Virus record (IMG/VR): IMGVR_UViG_3300020582_000009
Location: 1 to 57,497 of that record
Reading direction: 5' to 3' (one strand)
Source of the DNA: a virus
Taxonomy: Duplodnaviria > Caudoviricetes
Length of the DNA stretch: 57,497 nt
Under the pieces are notes generated by a model that made no database searches, had not been told where the DNA came from, and worked only from the letters and a program-made list of their open reading frames with translations. The position numbers and the translations under genes are program-made. Position 1 is the stretch's first letter. Every line of letters begins with the position of its first letter. Below, piece after piece: positions 37,729-46,740 of the stretch.

Positions 37729-38953
37729 GAGATACCGTCGCTGGCTTGTTCGTGAGTTTCCATCATGGCTTCTGTGCCCACATCACCATTGACGATTTCT
37801 CGCATCAAAGAGACGGCTTCGTCTTTGGTTTCGAAGGCGTTGATCTCGACCCAATCTGTTCGCTTCGTTCTGGCAAAAACTTTGTAAAGCATCGCACTGT
37901 CCCTTCATGAACGCGAATGCTGCTGTTTACCGATGCGAGTTCGCGCCGATCTCAACTCGGCTGCAATGACCTTGTGAGCCTTGCTGATGCGCCCGTTTCG
38001 TCGGCCCATATTTTCGACCACGAGAGCGCAACGTTCACGCTCGGTCGCGATAGCCTTAGCAATGGCATCGCGGAGTTGTGTGACCGAACCGGCGAGAGCG
38101 TCGCCCGCTCGTTCGTAGTCGATTGAGTATGTAATCGTTGGCATCAGTCTCTCACTTATGAGTTCGAAATGCCTACTCGACGGCACCGTGTTGTTTCAGC
38201 GCACTCCAACCGGCCTCGGTTAGAGATACCGCTTCAAACATTGGCCCATCACCTTTGGCGATAAACGTATTATTGCGGCCTGTTCCTGGATGGACTTGAG
38301 CAAGGCCGCCAGCGATCAGCGCGTCAAGATGCTTGCCGTGACATTCGCCATACTGACTGAAATCCTCTTTCGAGAGCCATTCGAGCAATGCGAATTCCTC
38401 TTGGGTCATCCCACGCTCTCCCTATGCGCCGCCCGCGCCCGCATGACATCGGCAATCTCTTCCGCGTCGCCACTGGGCGCCCATCGCCCGGTCTTGGTGC
38501 TGTATTCCTCAAAGTCCCGGCAGTTCTTGACGTACTGCCGCTGCACATGCTCGGCCGTGGGATCGCTCGCCAGCAGCAAGCAGTTATGCGCCAGATTGCG
38601 CAGCCGAGTCGTGATGCCGGGATCGGTCGCGGCCTTGGCGCCGTCTCGGTATTGCTTGCATTGGGCGAGATAGTCGGCGGCGATCATGGTCGCCCCTTTC
38701 GCTTCGATTTTTTCTCAGTGGCGATTTCCGCAAGGATTTCTTGCCTCATGTCGTCGCGCTCTCTGGCGCGCGCTCTCATGCGGCATGGACAAAGCGGTTC
38801 GCCGTTTTGTGGACCGATGCAAAAACATGCGTGCGGAGCATCCAGAGCGTCGCGCGTCTTTTCGTGTGTCCAAGTTCTGCGTATGGCGGTCATGGCTTAT
38901 CGTCCCTGCGGCCGAATGAGGATGCCGGATCGGTCCGGTAGGAATCAATCAAA

Positions 38954-39157
38954 TCAGCGACGCGCATTTTCGATTTCCTGGACTGTCAGGCGACCGAGCG
39001 CCAGATTGCGAAGGTCGTCCGCCACGTCCTCGGGCACCGGCCGCTCACTCAAAGCCCACCGCCGCGCAGTGCGCTCGTTTACCCCGAACAGCTTGGCCGC
39101 CTTGACTTGGGAAAGCTTGACCTTGGCCAAGGCGGCGCGGAATTGGTTGGCGGTCAT
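38954..39157 (-). CDS. Small HTH repressor/antitoxin-like protein
   Basis: MTANQFRAALAKVKLSQVKAAKLFGVNERTARRWA..E.PVP. Confidence 0.8.
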   Translation of the reverse strand: MTANQFRAALAKVKLSQVKAAKLFGVNERTARRWALSERPVPEDVADDLRNLALGRLTVQEIENARR

Positions 39158-39672
39158 GACGCTAACAGTTTCTTGGCGGTCTTGAGGTAGCGGGCGCGAC
39201 CAGACATGCCGCAATAACCCCAAGCCCGCAGAGCAAAGGCAAGCCAAGTCTCTTGACCGCCCTTGTAGGCATCCACAAAGATCGCAGAGAGTTTTGCCTT
39301 AGCGGCATCGTCTGCCATGATAGCGGCCCACTGAGCCTTCACGCGATCGTCGCGCGCAACGGTCTTGGCGCGCTGTGCAGCGCGTACTAACGGGTGGTTC
39401 TTATAGGCGCGGAGTAGGCCAGAGTCGCCCGCCTTATTGATGCAATCGCTGCCTACTTTGAAGATGCGGCCATCGTGCGAACGAAGCTCGATCGCGTACA
39501 TGATGCCGGTGCCACAATAATCGCAGGAACCGCCGGGCTGTACTGGCGCATCGGGACAAGCCTGATATTTGCACTCAAACGCCCCGATGACCGCATAAGG
39601 CGCTTTGCCGAGGCCGGCGCGCTCGAATACGTGAAGGCCAATCTCGGCGGGGTTGTCGGTCTTGGTAAGCAT
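39154..39672 (-). CDS. Cys-containing hypothetical protein, paralogue of 45857..46381
   Basis: TDNPAE.GLHVFERAGLG.AP...GSC.YCGTGI.Y....RS.DGR.FKVG.DC..K. Confidence 0.8.
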   Translation of the reverse strand: MLTKTDNPAEIGLHVFERAGLGKAPYAVIGAFECKYQACPDAPVQPGGSCDYCGTGIMYAIELRSHDGRIFKVGSDCINKAGDSGLLRAYKNHPLVRAAQRAKTVARDDRVKAQWAAIMADDAAKAKLSAIFVDAYKGGQETWLAFALRAWGYCGMSGRARYLKTAKKLLAS

Positions 39673-39686
39673 CTGTCTCTCCATCC

Positions 39687-39751
39687 GGGCCTAAGCGCCC
39701 TTGACCACCCTAAGATACACGGCCCTAGGGCCAAGTCAATGCCCTAGGGCC
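39687..39751 (-). promoter_or_regulatory. Sigma70-type promoter overlapped by palindromic operators
   Basis: Minus strand TTGACT (39739-34), 16 nt, TATCTT (39717-12); palindromes GGCCCTAGGGCC 39721-32 and GCCCTAGGGC 39741-50. Confidence 0.75.
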
Positions 39752-39817
39752 ACGCTATTATCACGAATTGTTACAGTGCGGGCCTTCCACCCGCTTGGCA
39801 TCGTTGATGCCCGTCGA

Positions 39818-40021
39818 TCAATTCGTGTCCTTTAGTTCTAAGCCGATAGACTGGGCGATGCGGTCACGTAATTTTCGAACTTTTCTTGCTCGCTCTGTCG
39901 CTGCTTTGACATTGTTGGCGCCGCGGCCAGATTTGGCATAACGGGCCTCGCTCTCGTATCGCGTCGCGGCGCGAGTTAAGGAGCGCACAACCAAATCAAT
40001 CTCCTCAGCAGTGAGCCTCAT
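39818..40021 (-). CDS. Hypothetical protein
   Basis: ATGA-coupled to the exonuclease gene. Confidence 0.6.
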   Translation of the reverse strand: MRLTAEEIDLVVRSLTRAATRYESEARYAKSGRGANNVKAATERARKVRKLRDRIAQSIGLELKDTN

Positions 40022-40503
40022 TTCGATTCCTCGCACTGTGGTCTTTTCAATGCGGAGCAGAATGCCCATGCTTCTCTCGTCCATCTGGCGTCGGCCAACG
40101 CGTGATGCTCAGTCGTTGTCTGTACCGGAAGCGCGGGATTGTTAAGAATATCCGCCAGTTGCTTTACATCGCGGCAAAACATCGGCCAACCCTTCGGTAG
40201 ATCAATCATGCGGCCATATAGCTGACAGAGAGCAACCCAATCATAGTCCGCGTAATAAGCCCAAAATTCTGGTGTTGGTCCGACAAACTCAACAATATCA
40301 CGAGCAATGCGAGCACGGGCATGAATGGGGCCCCTTAAGTGCGGCCTCACGTTCTCTCTGAGCCACACCGTACTGCCGCTAAGAAATTCAGCGCCAAGCG
40401 TCTCTGCGTAATATTCACGGCCATCCTCGGCCACGAGTCCAATCGAGATCAATTCGATGAGCCGCCCATCTTCAAGAAATTCGGTGTCAAACCAAAATTT
40501 CAT
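40018..40503 (-). CDS. DEDDh 3'-5' exoribonuclease (Rv2179c/DUF5051-like)
   Basis: WFDTEFLEDG..IELISIG, WAYYADYDWV..CQL.GRM.DLP.GWP, HHALADARW. Confidence 0.85.
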   Translation of the reverse strand: MKFWFDTEFLEDGRLIELISIGLVAEDGREYYAETLGAEFLSGSTVWLRENVRPHLRGPIHARARIARDIVEFVGPTPEFWAYYADYDWVALCQLYGRMIDLPKGWPMFCRDVKQLADILNNPALPVQTTTEHHALADARWTREAWAFCSALKRPQCEESK

Positions 40504-40528
40504 AACCTAACCCCGCATTGTACAGCCT

Positions 40529-41050
40529 TTAATGCCCATGGTCGAAGTCTAGCTGCAACGCAACCTTGCGGCCGACTGTCACGATCGTATCGTTTTGGTC
40601 GCCATGGTTTACCAGGAGCAATTCTTCAAGCTCCATTCCATTCTTGATGCCGAGCCCCAGACTGTTCCAGCCACATACGATAGCGACGCCGCCGAGCTTG
40701 AGCACCCTAGCGGCCTCCCGCTTTCGCGTGCTGTAGAATCGCCGCGTTGTGTCGCAGGGGCCGAATCCTTGGTAAGCTTCCTTAACTTGGCGCGGAGAAA
40801 ATGGCGGATCAAATAGCACGCCATCGACGCTCGTCGGCGGCAACGCCTTTAGGAAGTCGAGCGCGTCCTGGTTATGGGTACCGGCGAACTTTGGATTGAT
40901 GTCGTTCGTGAAGGTGCAGCGATTCTTGAAAATGCTCTCACGACAAAACGGATCGATCCAAGAGCCGCCATCAAGGTAGCGCTCGATTAGCTCGCGGATT
41001 GGTGCGATGCTGAAAGTCTTTGGCGACGGCATCGCCCAAACACGGGTCAT
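40529..41050 (-). CDS. Small adenine-specific DNA methyltransferase-like protein
   Basis: WAMPS..TFSI.PI, IDPF, TNDINP, DALDFL, VLFDPPFSPRQ. Confidence 0.8.
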   Translation of the reverse strand: MTRVWAMPSPKTFSIAPIRELIERYLDGGSWIDPFCRESIFKNRCTFTNDINPKFAGTHNQDALDFLKALPPTSVDGVLFDPPFSPRQVKEAYQGFGPCDTTRRFYSTRKREAARVLKLGGVAIVCGWNSLGLGIKNGMELEELLLVNHGDQNDTIVTVGRKVALQLDFDHGH

Positions 41051-41052
41051 CT

Positions 41053-41424
41053 TCATTTCTTCTCGCATTCTGTGGGAGCAAGTGAAGCCAGCCGAGCGCG
41101 GCCAGCCGCAAACACGGCTTTGGTTGCTAGACTATCCGCAATCATGCGCCGTCGCTCCGGGCGCGAGTGTGCGAGGAACCAGCGGCGACAATCGAAGATT
41201 CTGCAAATAACCGGCGCACGATCGTGGATCGTACAGCCCTCTGGCCCGAGATACACGCAGTCGCCATTCGGCTTATGCTTGAGCACCGGAACGCGGCCCA
41301 TTGGGAGCGTGATGTACTCATGCTCATATGTTTCGACCTTGTCGCCCTCGTCCGGCATGAGCGCAAGCACTTCGCTTTTACAGCAAAGATGACATGAACC
41401 GCACGGTACATTTGCTCGCTGCAT
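41053..41424 (-). CDS. YkgJ-like cysteine-cluster protein
   Basis: CGSCHLCC, GDCVYL...GCTIHDRAP.ICR.FDC. Confidence 0.8.
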   Translation of the reverse strand: MQRANVPCGSCHLCCKSEVLALMPDEGDKVETYEHEYITLPMGRVPVLKHKPNGDCVYLGPEGCTIHDRAPVICRIFDCRRWFLAHSRPERRRMIADSLATKAVFAAGRARLASLAPTECEKK

Positions 41425-42098
41425 TTTCTCACTCAGCGGTCTTCAATGATAAAGCAGCATATAGGTAACAATCATCGCGGTGTCGCAGATCATCGCCACC
41501 AACCACAAGACGGTAGGCGTTCGAATGCGGGTTGCGAGGATGAACATTACGGCCGTCATGTTTATTCAGTCCTAGTAACTGCGCGTTGCGGCCAGCGTAT
41601 TGCGAACACGAATGCCAATTAGTTCGGATGACACACGATCATCGCGCGCCAAGCGGTCTAGCTCGTCGGCCTCATCCAAGATGCTCGCAATAAAGTTCTG
41701 CTCATCTTTCGTGAGGCCCAAGAACTTGCCGCGTCGGATCGCTGTAGCGAGTTGCGTTCGTTTCCGCATGTCACTTGTCCCCAGCAAGTGCGGCGCGCGC
41801 TGCTATTATTTCCGGTTCTTTTTCAAAGAGAGTCTTGGCCGTATGCACACCTTCAACATCGGCGCGTGCGGCCATCCAAGTTGCGAAATGACCGTCAACT
41901 AAATCTTCGACCAGATCACGCCATTGTTTCTCGGTCATTGTCATTCAGCCTTGGTTAGTGCGCGAACGAAAGCAATCAGCGCATCAGTCGCGGCTTTAAG
42001 ATCGCCCGGCGACTTGCCTACTGACGCCAAGCAGACGTTGAAGATATGTAGCCGCAACGCATCCTCGTCCGACTTGCTCATGTCCTGCCACTAATCAA

Positions 42099-42452
42099 TC
42101 AAGACTGCGCCAACTGTACCGGCTTGAACCGTTCCGCAATCCGGGCGGCGCCGTCATCCGGCAAATCCTTCAATCGCGCCGCCGCCTTCAATGCCTGATC
42201 GGCCGCGTCGGTCGTGCGCTTGATTTCGGATATGTAGGTTGTGAGTTCGAACAGACGACCGAGCGCGTGTGTGCATCGCTTTTCGATGACTTGCAGCCGA
42301 TCCTCTTTGTCTTTCAGTTTCGTTTCCAGGACGGCGATCTTCTGCCGGTATTCTTCGGCCTCGTTCAACAGTTGATCGCGCTGGCGACGTGTAGACGCCA
42401 TGTCGTTGAGGACTTTTTCAACCTGCGGATCGCGCTCGTAATCGTCGCTCAT
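42099..42452 (-). CDS. Coiled-coil hypothetical protein
   Basis: RBS AAGGG; long heptad helix. Confidence 0.7.
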   Translation of the reverse strand: MSDDYERDPQVEKVLNDMASTRRQRDQLLNEAEEYRQKIAVLETKLKDKEDRLQVIEKRCTHALGRLFELTTYISEIKRTTDAADQALKAAARLKDLPDDGAARIAERFKPVQLAQS

Positions 42453-42901
42453 GTGATTGCCCTTCCCCGTTCCGAGATCGCCAGCATAATCACGGCGCGC
42501 ATTGCCAACAAGTCCCCGCGCTGTGCATAGAGGCGTTCGCACAGCAGGATCGGATTGAGGCCGACGCGGTCCCAAAACGCTATTTCGCCGATACGATGTT
42601 GCGAGTCTGGATCGTCGGTATGACACGCTTGGCAAACCGGCAAAGCCCATTTATCCGCCGGCTTCTTGCCCATGCCGCTGCGTTTGCCATGGGCGCCCGA
42701 TTGCATGCGGACGTGGGCCGCCACGCAGGCCGGATCAAGGCCGCAACAGACGCACATGCACTGCCGCACGCGCGCCAGATAGACCGGATCGTCATCGCTC
42801 ACGGCGCGAAGCCGGATGCGTGTCGCGACCGCCATCGGGCGCTTAAGCAGTTCGCCGGGCGAGGCGAAGCGTGCGAGGGTTTTGGGGTGATCGGGTTTCA
42901 T
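42449..42901 (-). CDS. DUF968-like zinc-binding HNH-type protein
   Basis: YL..VRQ..C.CCG...AAHVR..GMG.KP.D.WALP.C..CH...QH..GE..FW. Confidence 0.8.
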   Translation of the reverse strand: MKPDHPKTLARFASPGELLKRPMAVATRIRLRAVSDDDPVYLARVRQCMCVCCGLDPACVAAHVRMQSGAHGKRSGMGKKPADKWALPVCQACHTDDPDSQHRIGEIAFWDRVGLNPILLCERLYAQRGDLLAMRAVIMLAISERGRAIT

Positions 42902-42964
42902 GGCTGCTGTAGATTTTTGGTCACGGATTAGCTGTGATTACGGTTCGGTCATCGTGGCGCCGCG

Positions 42965-43306
42965 TCAGTGCGACGCGACTTCATCAAGCATAGTGGCGAC
43001 TTCGTTGGGGGTACGTCCTGGTCGATCATTCCATTCTGGAATTGACCACATGCTCATGTGTTCAACGATGGCAGATATGGCTTTGTTGTAGACGTCATCT
43101 GGCGCGCCAAATAATGGGGGCAGTGCTGCGCCTGTGGCAGCCGTACTGACGGCTCCGATAACGCACAGGCTACCATCACTAGCTTCATAACGGTTCTGGC
43201 AGTGACCTCGGCGGCGGATCAACTCAGCCGCCGATCGTAGCACCCCCTGCCATGGCTCTAGCGGCTTTGTCTCGATTGGCAATTCCCATTTCGGATCATA
43301 CAGCAT
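42965..43306 (-). CDS. Hypothetical protein with MLYDPKWE N-terminus
   Basis: L..AA.LI...G.CQ...G.LC..GA...I..WND..GRT..EV...L. Confidence 0.75.
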   Translation of the reverse strand: MLYDPKWELPIETKPLEPWQGVLRSAAELIRRRGHCQNRYEASDGSLCVIGAVSTAATGAALPPLFGAPDDVYNKAISAIVEHMSMWSIPEWNDRPGRTPNEVATMLDEVASH

Positions 43307-43409
43307 CGCCCTCTCCTATCTTTCCGCATTTTTCGGCGCACCTAAGCGCCCGTGTGACTTTCCGTGCCGCCTTCGCAACCCGTGATCTGGAATGATCCAA
43401 ATCCTTCCT

Positions 43410-43459
43410 GAAAAATCCCCGCGGCGGCAAACCAAGGGGGCCAGGAACGCCGCCGCGGG
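43410..43459 (-). terminator. Possible intrinsic terminator after the Sak4-like gene
   Basis: 11-bp perfect GC stem 43418-28/43449-59 with a 20-nt loop, followed by GATTTTT on the minus strand. Confidence 0.5.
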
Positions 43460-43468
43460 TCGGGGAAC

Positions 43469-44659
43469 TTAAACTTGGTCCCCGTATTCATTGACCGGAA
43501 TTGCCGACACCTTGGCAAAGTCCGGCAGATCGTCGTTGAGTTCGAGCGCGGTCTGTTCCGCCGCCGTGTGCGGCTTCGCGTCGGACTTGATGACATCGTA
43601 GTCGCCGGGGACGATCTGCGGCGCGTTGTAGCGCGAGGGCTTGCCCTCAAGCTCATGGTGCAGCGAGTCATAGCCGGCGCGGAGGTCGAACAGCGGCATG
43701 ATTTCCTCAATCTCGGTCCACGACTTGTTGTCGAAGTGCTTGCGGATCAGTTGGATTTTCCGTTGCTTATCTGCGGCCGACTGGCCGGGAATGTGCAGCA
43801 CCAGGAGCGATTGGATTTCATCGACCGCGATGCGGCGCTGGACAGGCTGCCAGTCTCGTTTCTCGGTGGTGATGATGTGCTGACTATCCGTGTGATCGTC
43901 CACGCCCATATGCCGGCCGCCGAGATTGAGGCGGTTGATATGCGGCAGAAAATCCTTGAAGTCTGGATTGTCGATCTGCTGGCCGTCGAGCGTGGTGGAG
44001 CGGTCCTTCTGGATCGTAGCGCGGTGCGTCACGATATGAGTGCGTGTGTTCTCGACGTGCTCCATGAGCACGAGAAGCGACGGCTCGAAGGCGGTTTCGC
44101 CTTCGGTCTTCATCTTCGTGCCAATCTTCTCCATCTGGCGCTTGCCATTGTCGTCAACGTAGTTCTCGAAAATGTCGCCGGCTCTGCCGCACATGATGAT
44201 GTGAAGTTTCGAATTGACGAACAGCGACGTGAACTGCGCCCATCCGTGATCGCCCTTGAGGTAGCCGTAATCGTCGATCTGCAAGAAGCTGCGCTGTTTC
44301 TTCTTCATGTAGGAGGCGCACAACTCGCGCCACGGATGCGTGATACTGTCGATGATGAGCACCGATGCGTGCTGCTCGGCCTCGCGCATGACCGTGAGCA
44401 GGTCCGCGAACGTCTTGCGCTTGGCGACCACGAATGGAACGCCGGCTTCCTGGAAATCGGGGATGAGCCAATCCGACCCGGTTTCGGTGTCGAACATGGC
44501 AACCGGCTTCGCTGCGTAATCGATGCCGAGCTTGCGCATGTGCAGCACAAGGCCAGCCGCGACCTTGCCGGCGGTCTTGGTCTTGCCGGCGCCGGATAGG
44601 CCGAGGATGCCCATTTTCAGAAAGGCCGAAGTGCTTTCGGCGGGCTGTAGCAGTGACAT
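43469..44659 (-). CDS. Sak4-like (AAA_24) single-strand annealing ATPase
   Basis: GLSGAGKT Walker A, FDTE.GS, LIIDSITH.W Walker B, HIIMC.R; acidic DDLPDF near C-terminus. Confidence 0.82.
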   Translation of the reverse strand: MSLLQPAESTSAFLKMGILGLSGAGKTKTAGKVAAGLVLHMRKLGIDYAAKPVAMFDTETGSDWLIPDFQEAGVPFVVAKRKTFADLLTVMREAEQHASVLIIDSITHPWRELCASYMKKKQRSFLQIDDYGYLKGDHGWAQFTSLFVNSKLHIIMCGRAGDIFENYVDDNGKRQMEKIGTKMKTEGETAFEPSLLVLMEHVENTRTHIVTHRATIQKDRSTTLDGQQIDNPDFKDFLPHINRLNLGGRHMGVDDHTDSQHIITTEKRDWQPVQRRIAVDEIQSLLVLHIPGQSAADKQRKIQLIRKHFDNKSWTEIEEIMPLFDLRAGYDSLHHELEGKPSRYNAPQIVPGDYDVIKSDAKPHTAAEQTALELNDDLPDFAKVSAIPVNEYGDQV

Positions 44660-44681
44660 TTTACTCTCCCTTGGTTGAACG

Positions 44682-44987
44682 TCAGTGAACCTTATTCGCC
44701 AGATACACGGCATCCTTCGTCAGCATCGCCCGTAGTTCGCGCGACACCCGATCGTGATATTTGGCGCCGAGTTGCAACATGGTATTCTCATCGCACAGTC
44801 GCGTGCGCAGCACGGCGATATCGGGCGCATCGTATTCATTCTCCGGCACCGGCAGAACCATGGCTTCGCCGCCAGGATTGCGGCCGGTCTCGGTGGCGAC
44901 CGCAAGCGCGCTCGTGGCGTCCGTCGCTTCGACGACGGTTGCGCCGAGGAGGCCGTTCGCATCGATGAAACTAAGATACCAAAGCAT
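44682..44987 (-). CDS. Hypothetical protein
   Basis: MLWYLSF....LGA.VVEA....A...G.NPGGE. Confidence 0.7.
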   Translation of the reverse strand: MLWYLSFIDANGLLGATVVEATDATSALAVATETGRNPGGEAMVLPVPENEYDAPDIAVLRTRLCDENTMLQLGAKYHDRVSRELRAMLTKDAVYLANKVH

Positions 44988-45396
44988 CACTCGGTTTCCT
45001 CGAAATCGCTGCATCCGAAAATGGCGGCGAAGATAACGTAGGTCCCAAGGATGATGACGGGAATCCATAGGAATCTCATCGGCACATATCCCCAATGGGG
45101 AAGCTGTGGGCGATATAAACCCGCGTGCAGCCGCGATTGTCGCCATGCTGCCAAAGCACATAGGCGGCGCAGACCGTGCAGCCGGTGAGAGCAAGGGCCG
45201 CGAACAGGCGCAGGCCAAAGCTGGCGATCTTCATTTCGGTGCGGAAGTGGATTTGATCGGGGCGCATTGTTCACCAAAATTTCGTAATGAAGTGGAGGGC
45301 GACGTAACCGATAGTGCCGACGATAGTGCACCATACCAAGATGAAACAGCCGGCGAGGAAAAGCGTAGCTTTGTCGCCCTTATCAAGCTTCGCCAT
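44987..45396 (-). other. Three tiny single-TM membrane ORFs (45271-45396, 45076-45267, 44987-45079)
   Basis: Each has one hydrophobic helix; starts and stops abut or overlap. Confidence 0.55.
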
Positions 45397-45845
45397 CACA
45401 ATCCCCGCTCATCCCTGATCCGCGCGATAACCGCAAGCGCAGTACGTCCATGCCGGACGGCGCGGTCGACGGACTCGTACTCGCCGCGATAGTCCTCGGC
45501 CGCGCGATCAAGCTCGAACGTCGCATTGCCCTCGATCGCCGACACGAACACGTCGGTAAACTGCCGCATGTCCACCGTACCGATGGCGCTTGACCGAACC
45601 TCGGTGCCGACCGACAGCAGCCAGCGATCCGCGATAGCGGCCACACGCTTGATGAAGTCAGCCACGTCCTCGAATTCCTCAGGCTGCGGATTGATATGGA
45701 TGTGCGGCACCGCCAAGCACCGCAACTCGTCGATCATCGCCGCGAACGACCGTCCCATGGACGTATCGGGCTGTTTGTTTGCTGACGCTTGCGCGTCGGA
45801 CTTGATAACGTCGTAGTCGCCGGGGATGTGGGTGGGGTTGGTCAT
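45396..45845 (-). CDS. Hypothetical protein with N-terminal PGDYDVIKSDA motif
   Basis: RBS GGGAGA before MTNPTHIPGDYDVIKSDA. Confidence 0.75.
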   Translation of the reverse strand: MTNPTHIPGDYDVIKSDAQASANKQPDTSMGRSFAAMIDELRCLAVPHIHINPQPEEFEDVADFIKRVAAIADRWLLSVGTEVRSSAIGTVDMRQFTDVFVSAIEGNATFELDRAAEDYRGEYESVDRAVRHGRTALAVIARIRDERGL

Positions 45846-45856
45846 GGCTTTCTCCC

Positions 45857-46381
45857 TCACGCGGCCAAACGGGATTTGAGGTTTTTGAGCATCCGAGCGC
45901 GGCCAACGGCGCCGCACATTTTCCAGACGCGCTCAAGGTCAGCAAACAAAGTAACTTGTTCGCCGGGAACCCACGGGCGTCCCGGAACCATGATCGCCGA
46001 CAGTTTGGCGACATTGACCGCGTCGGCAACGAGCGCGTTCCACTCGGCGACAATCCGCTCGTCTTTCGCAGCGGCCTTAGCGCGGTGCATGGCGCGAATT
46101 TCGGGGCGCGTCTTGTAGGACTTGATAAGACCGTTGTCGTCGGTCTTGGCTACGCAATCTGTGCCGACCTTGAAGGTGCGGCCATCAGCCGAACGGATGG
46201 CGCAAACGTAGCGGATGCCAGTCCCGCAGTACGCGCACGAGCCGCTGGCCTGTGTGGTGCCGTCTGGATGGGTGATAAACTGCTCGGAAACGCCGATGCA
46301 ACGGAAAGGAGCGCGGCCAAGCCCGGCGCGCTCGAATACGTGAAGCCCAACCTCCGCGGGATTGTCGGTGCGAGCTAACAT
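45857..46381 (-). CDS. First leftward early gene, paralogue of 39154..39672
   Basis: RBS AAGGGGA; full-length similarity including CxYC..DC. Confidence 0.8.
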   Translation of the reverse strand: MLARTDNPAEVGLHVFERAGLGRAPFRCIGVSEQFITHPDGTTQASGSCAYCGTGIRYVCAIRSADGRTFKVGTDCVAKTDDNGLIKSYKTRPEIRAMHRAKAAAKDERIVAEWNALVADAVNVAKLSAIMVPGRPWVPGEQVTLFADLERVWKMCGAVGRARMLKNLKSRLAA

Positions 46382-46409
46382 GATAAGTCCCCTTGGTTCG
46401 ACAAAAACG

Positions 46410-46511
46410 ACACTAATTCATCTTTTCTGAATATGCAAGCCCTATTCAGAAATTATTTTATGAACGGTCGCCAACGCACCTCTTGCCAATTCACCTTTTC
46501 TAAACTATAGG
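46410..46511. promoter_or_regulatory. Back-to-back early promoters with shared operators
   Basis: Leftward TTGCAT-17-TAGTGT (46438-46410); rightward TTGCCA-17-TATAGG (46483-46511); AATTCAyCTTTTCTrAA at 46415-31 and 46488-504 (15/17 identical). Confidence 0.75.
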
Positions 46512-46518
46512 GAATTTC

Positions 46519-46740
46519 ATGGCTGAAACCACGCTCGATAGCCTCAGCGCCGTTATTCGCGCCTTGGGCGGTCCTACAGCGGTTGCGCGGCTGACCCGGA
46601 CAAAGCTGTCCGCCGTGAGCAACTGGCAGAAATTCGGGCGATTTCCGGCTAAAACCTATGTGGTCATGACGGCGGCGCTGCAACGGCGTCGTAAATCGGC
46701 GCCTGCGGCCCTTTGGGGTATGACCGAGGCCGCCGAATGA
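46519..46740 (+). CDS. Cro/YdaS-like HTH protein
   Basis: VI.ALGGPTAVARL......AVSNW...GRFPA..Y; first rightward gene. Confidence 0.82.
   Translation: MAETTLDSLSAVIRALGGPTAVARLTRTKLSAVSNWQKFGRFPAKTYVVMTAALQRRRKSAPAALWGMTEAAE

Larger units (their letters stand above)
33472..38893 (-). other. Array of about 20 small leftward early genes of unknown function
   Basis: Tiled short ORFs, e.g. 33472-33720, 33903-34166, 34352-34579, 34595-34804, 34930-35193, 35216-35386, 35586-35882, 35822-36049, 36525-36860, 37207-37476, 37716-37892, 38173-38409, 38406-38687, 38684-38893, many with stop/start overlaps. Confidence 0.75.
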
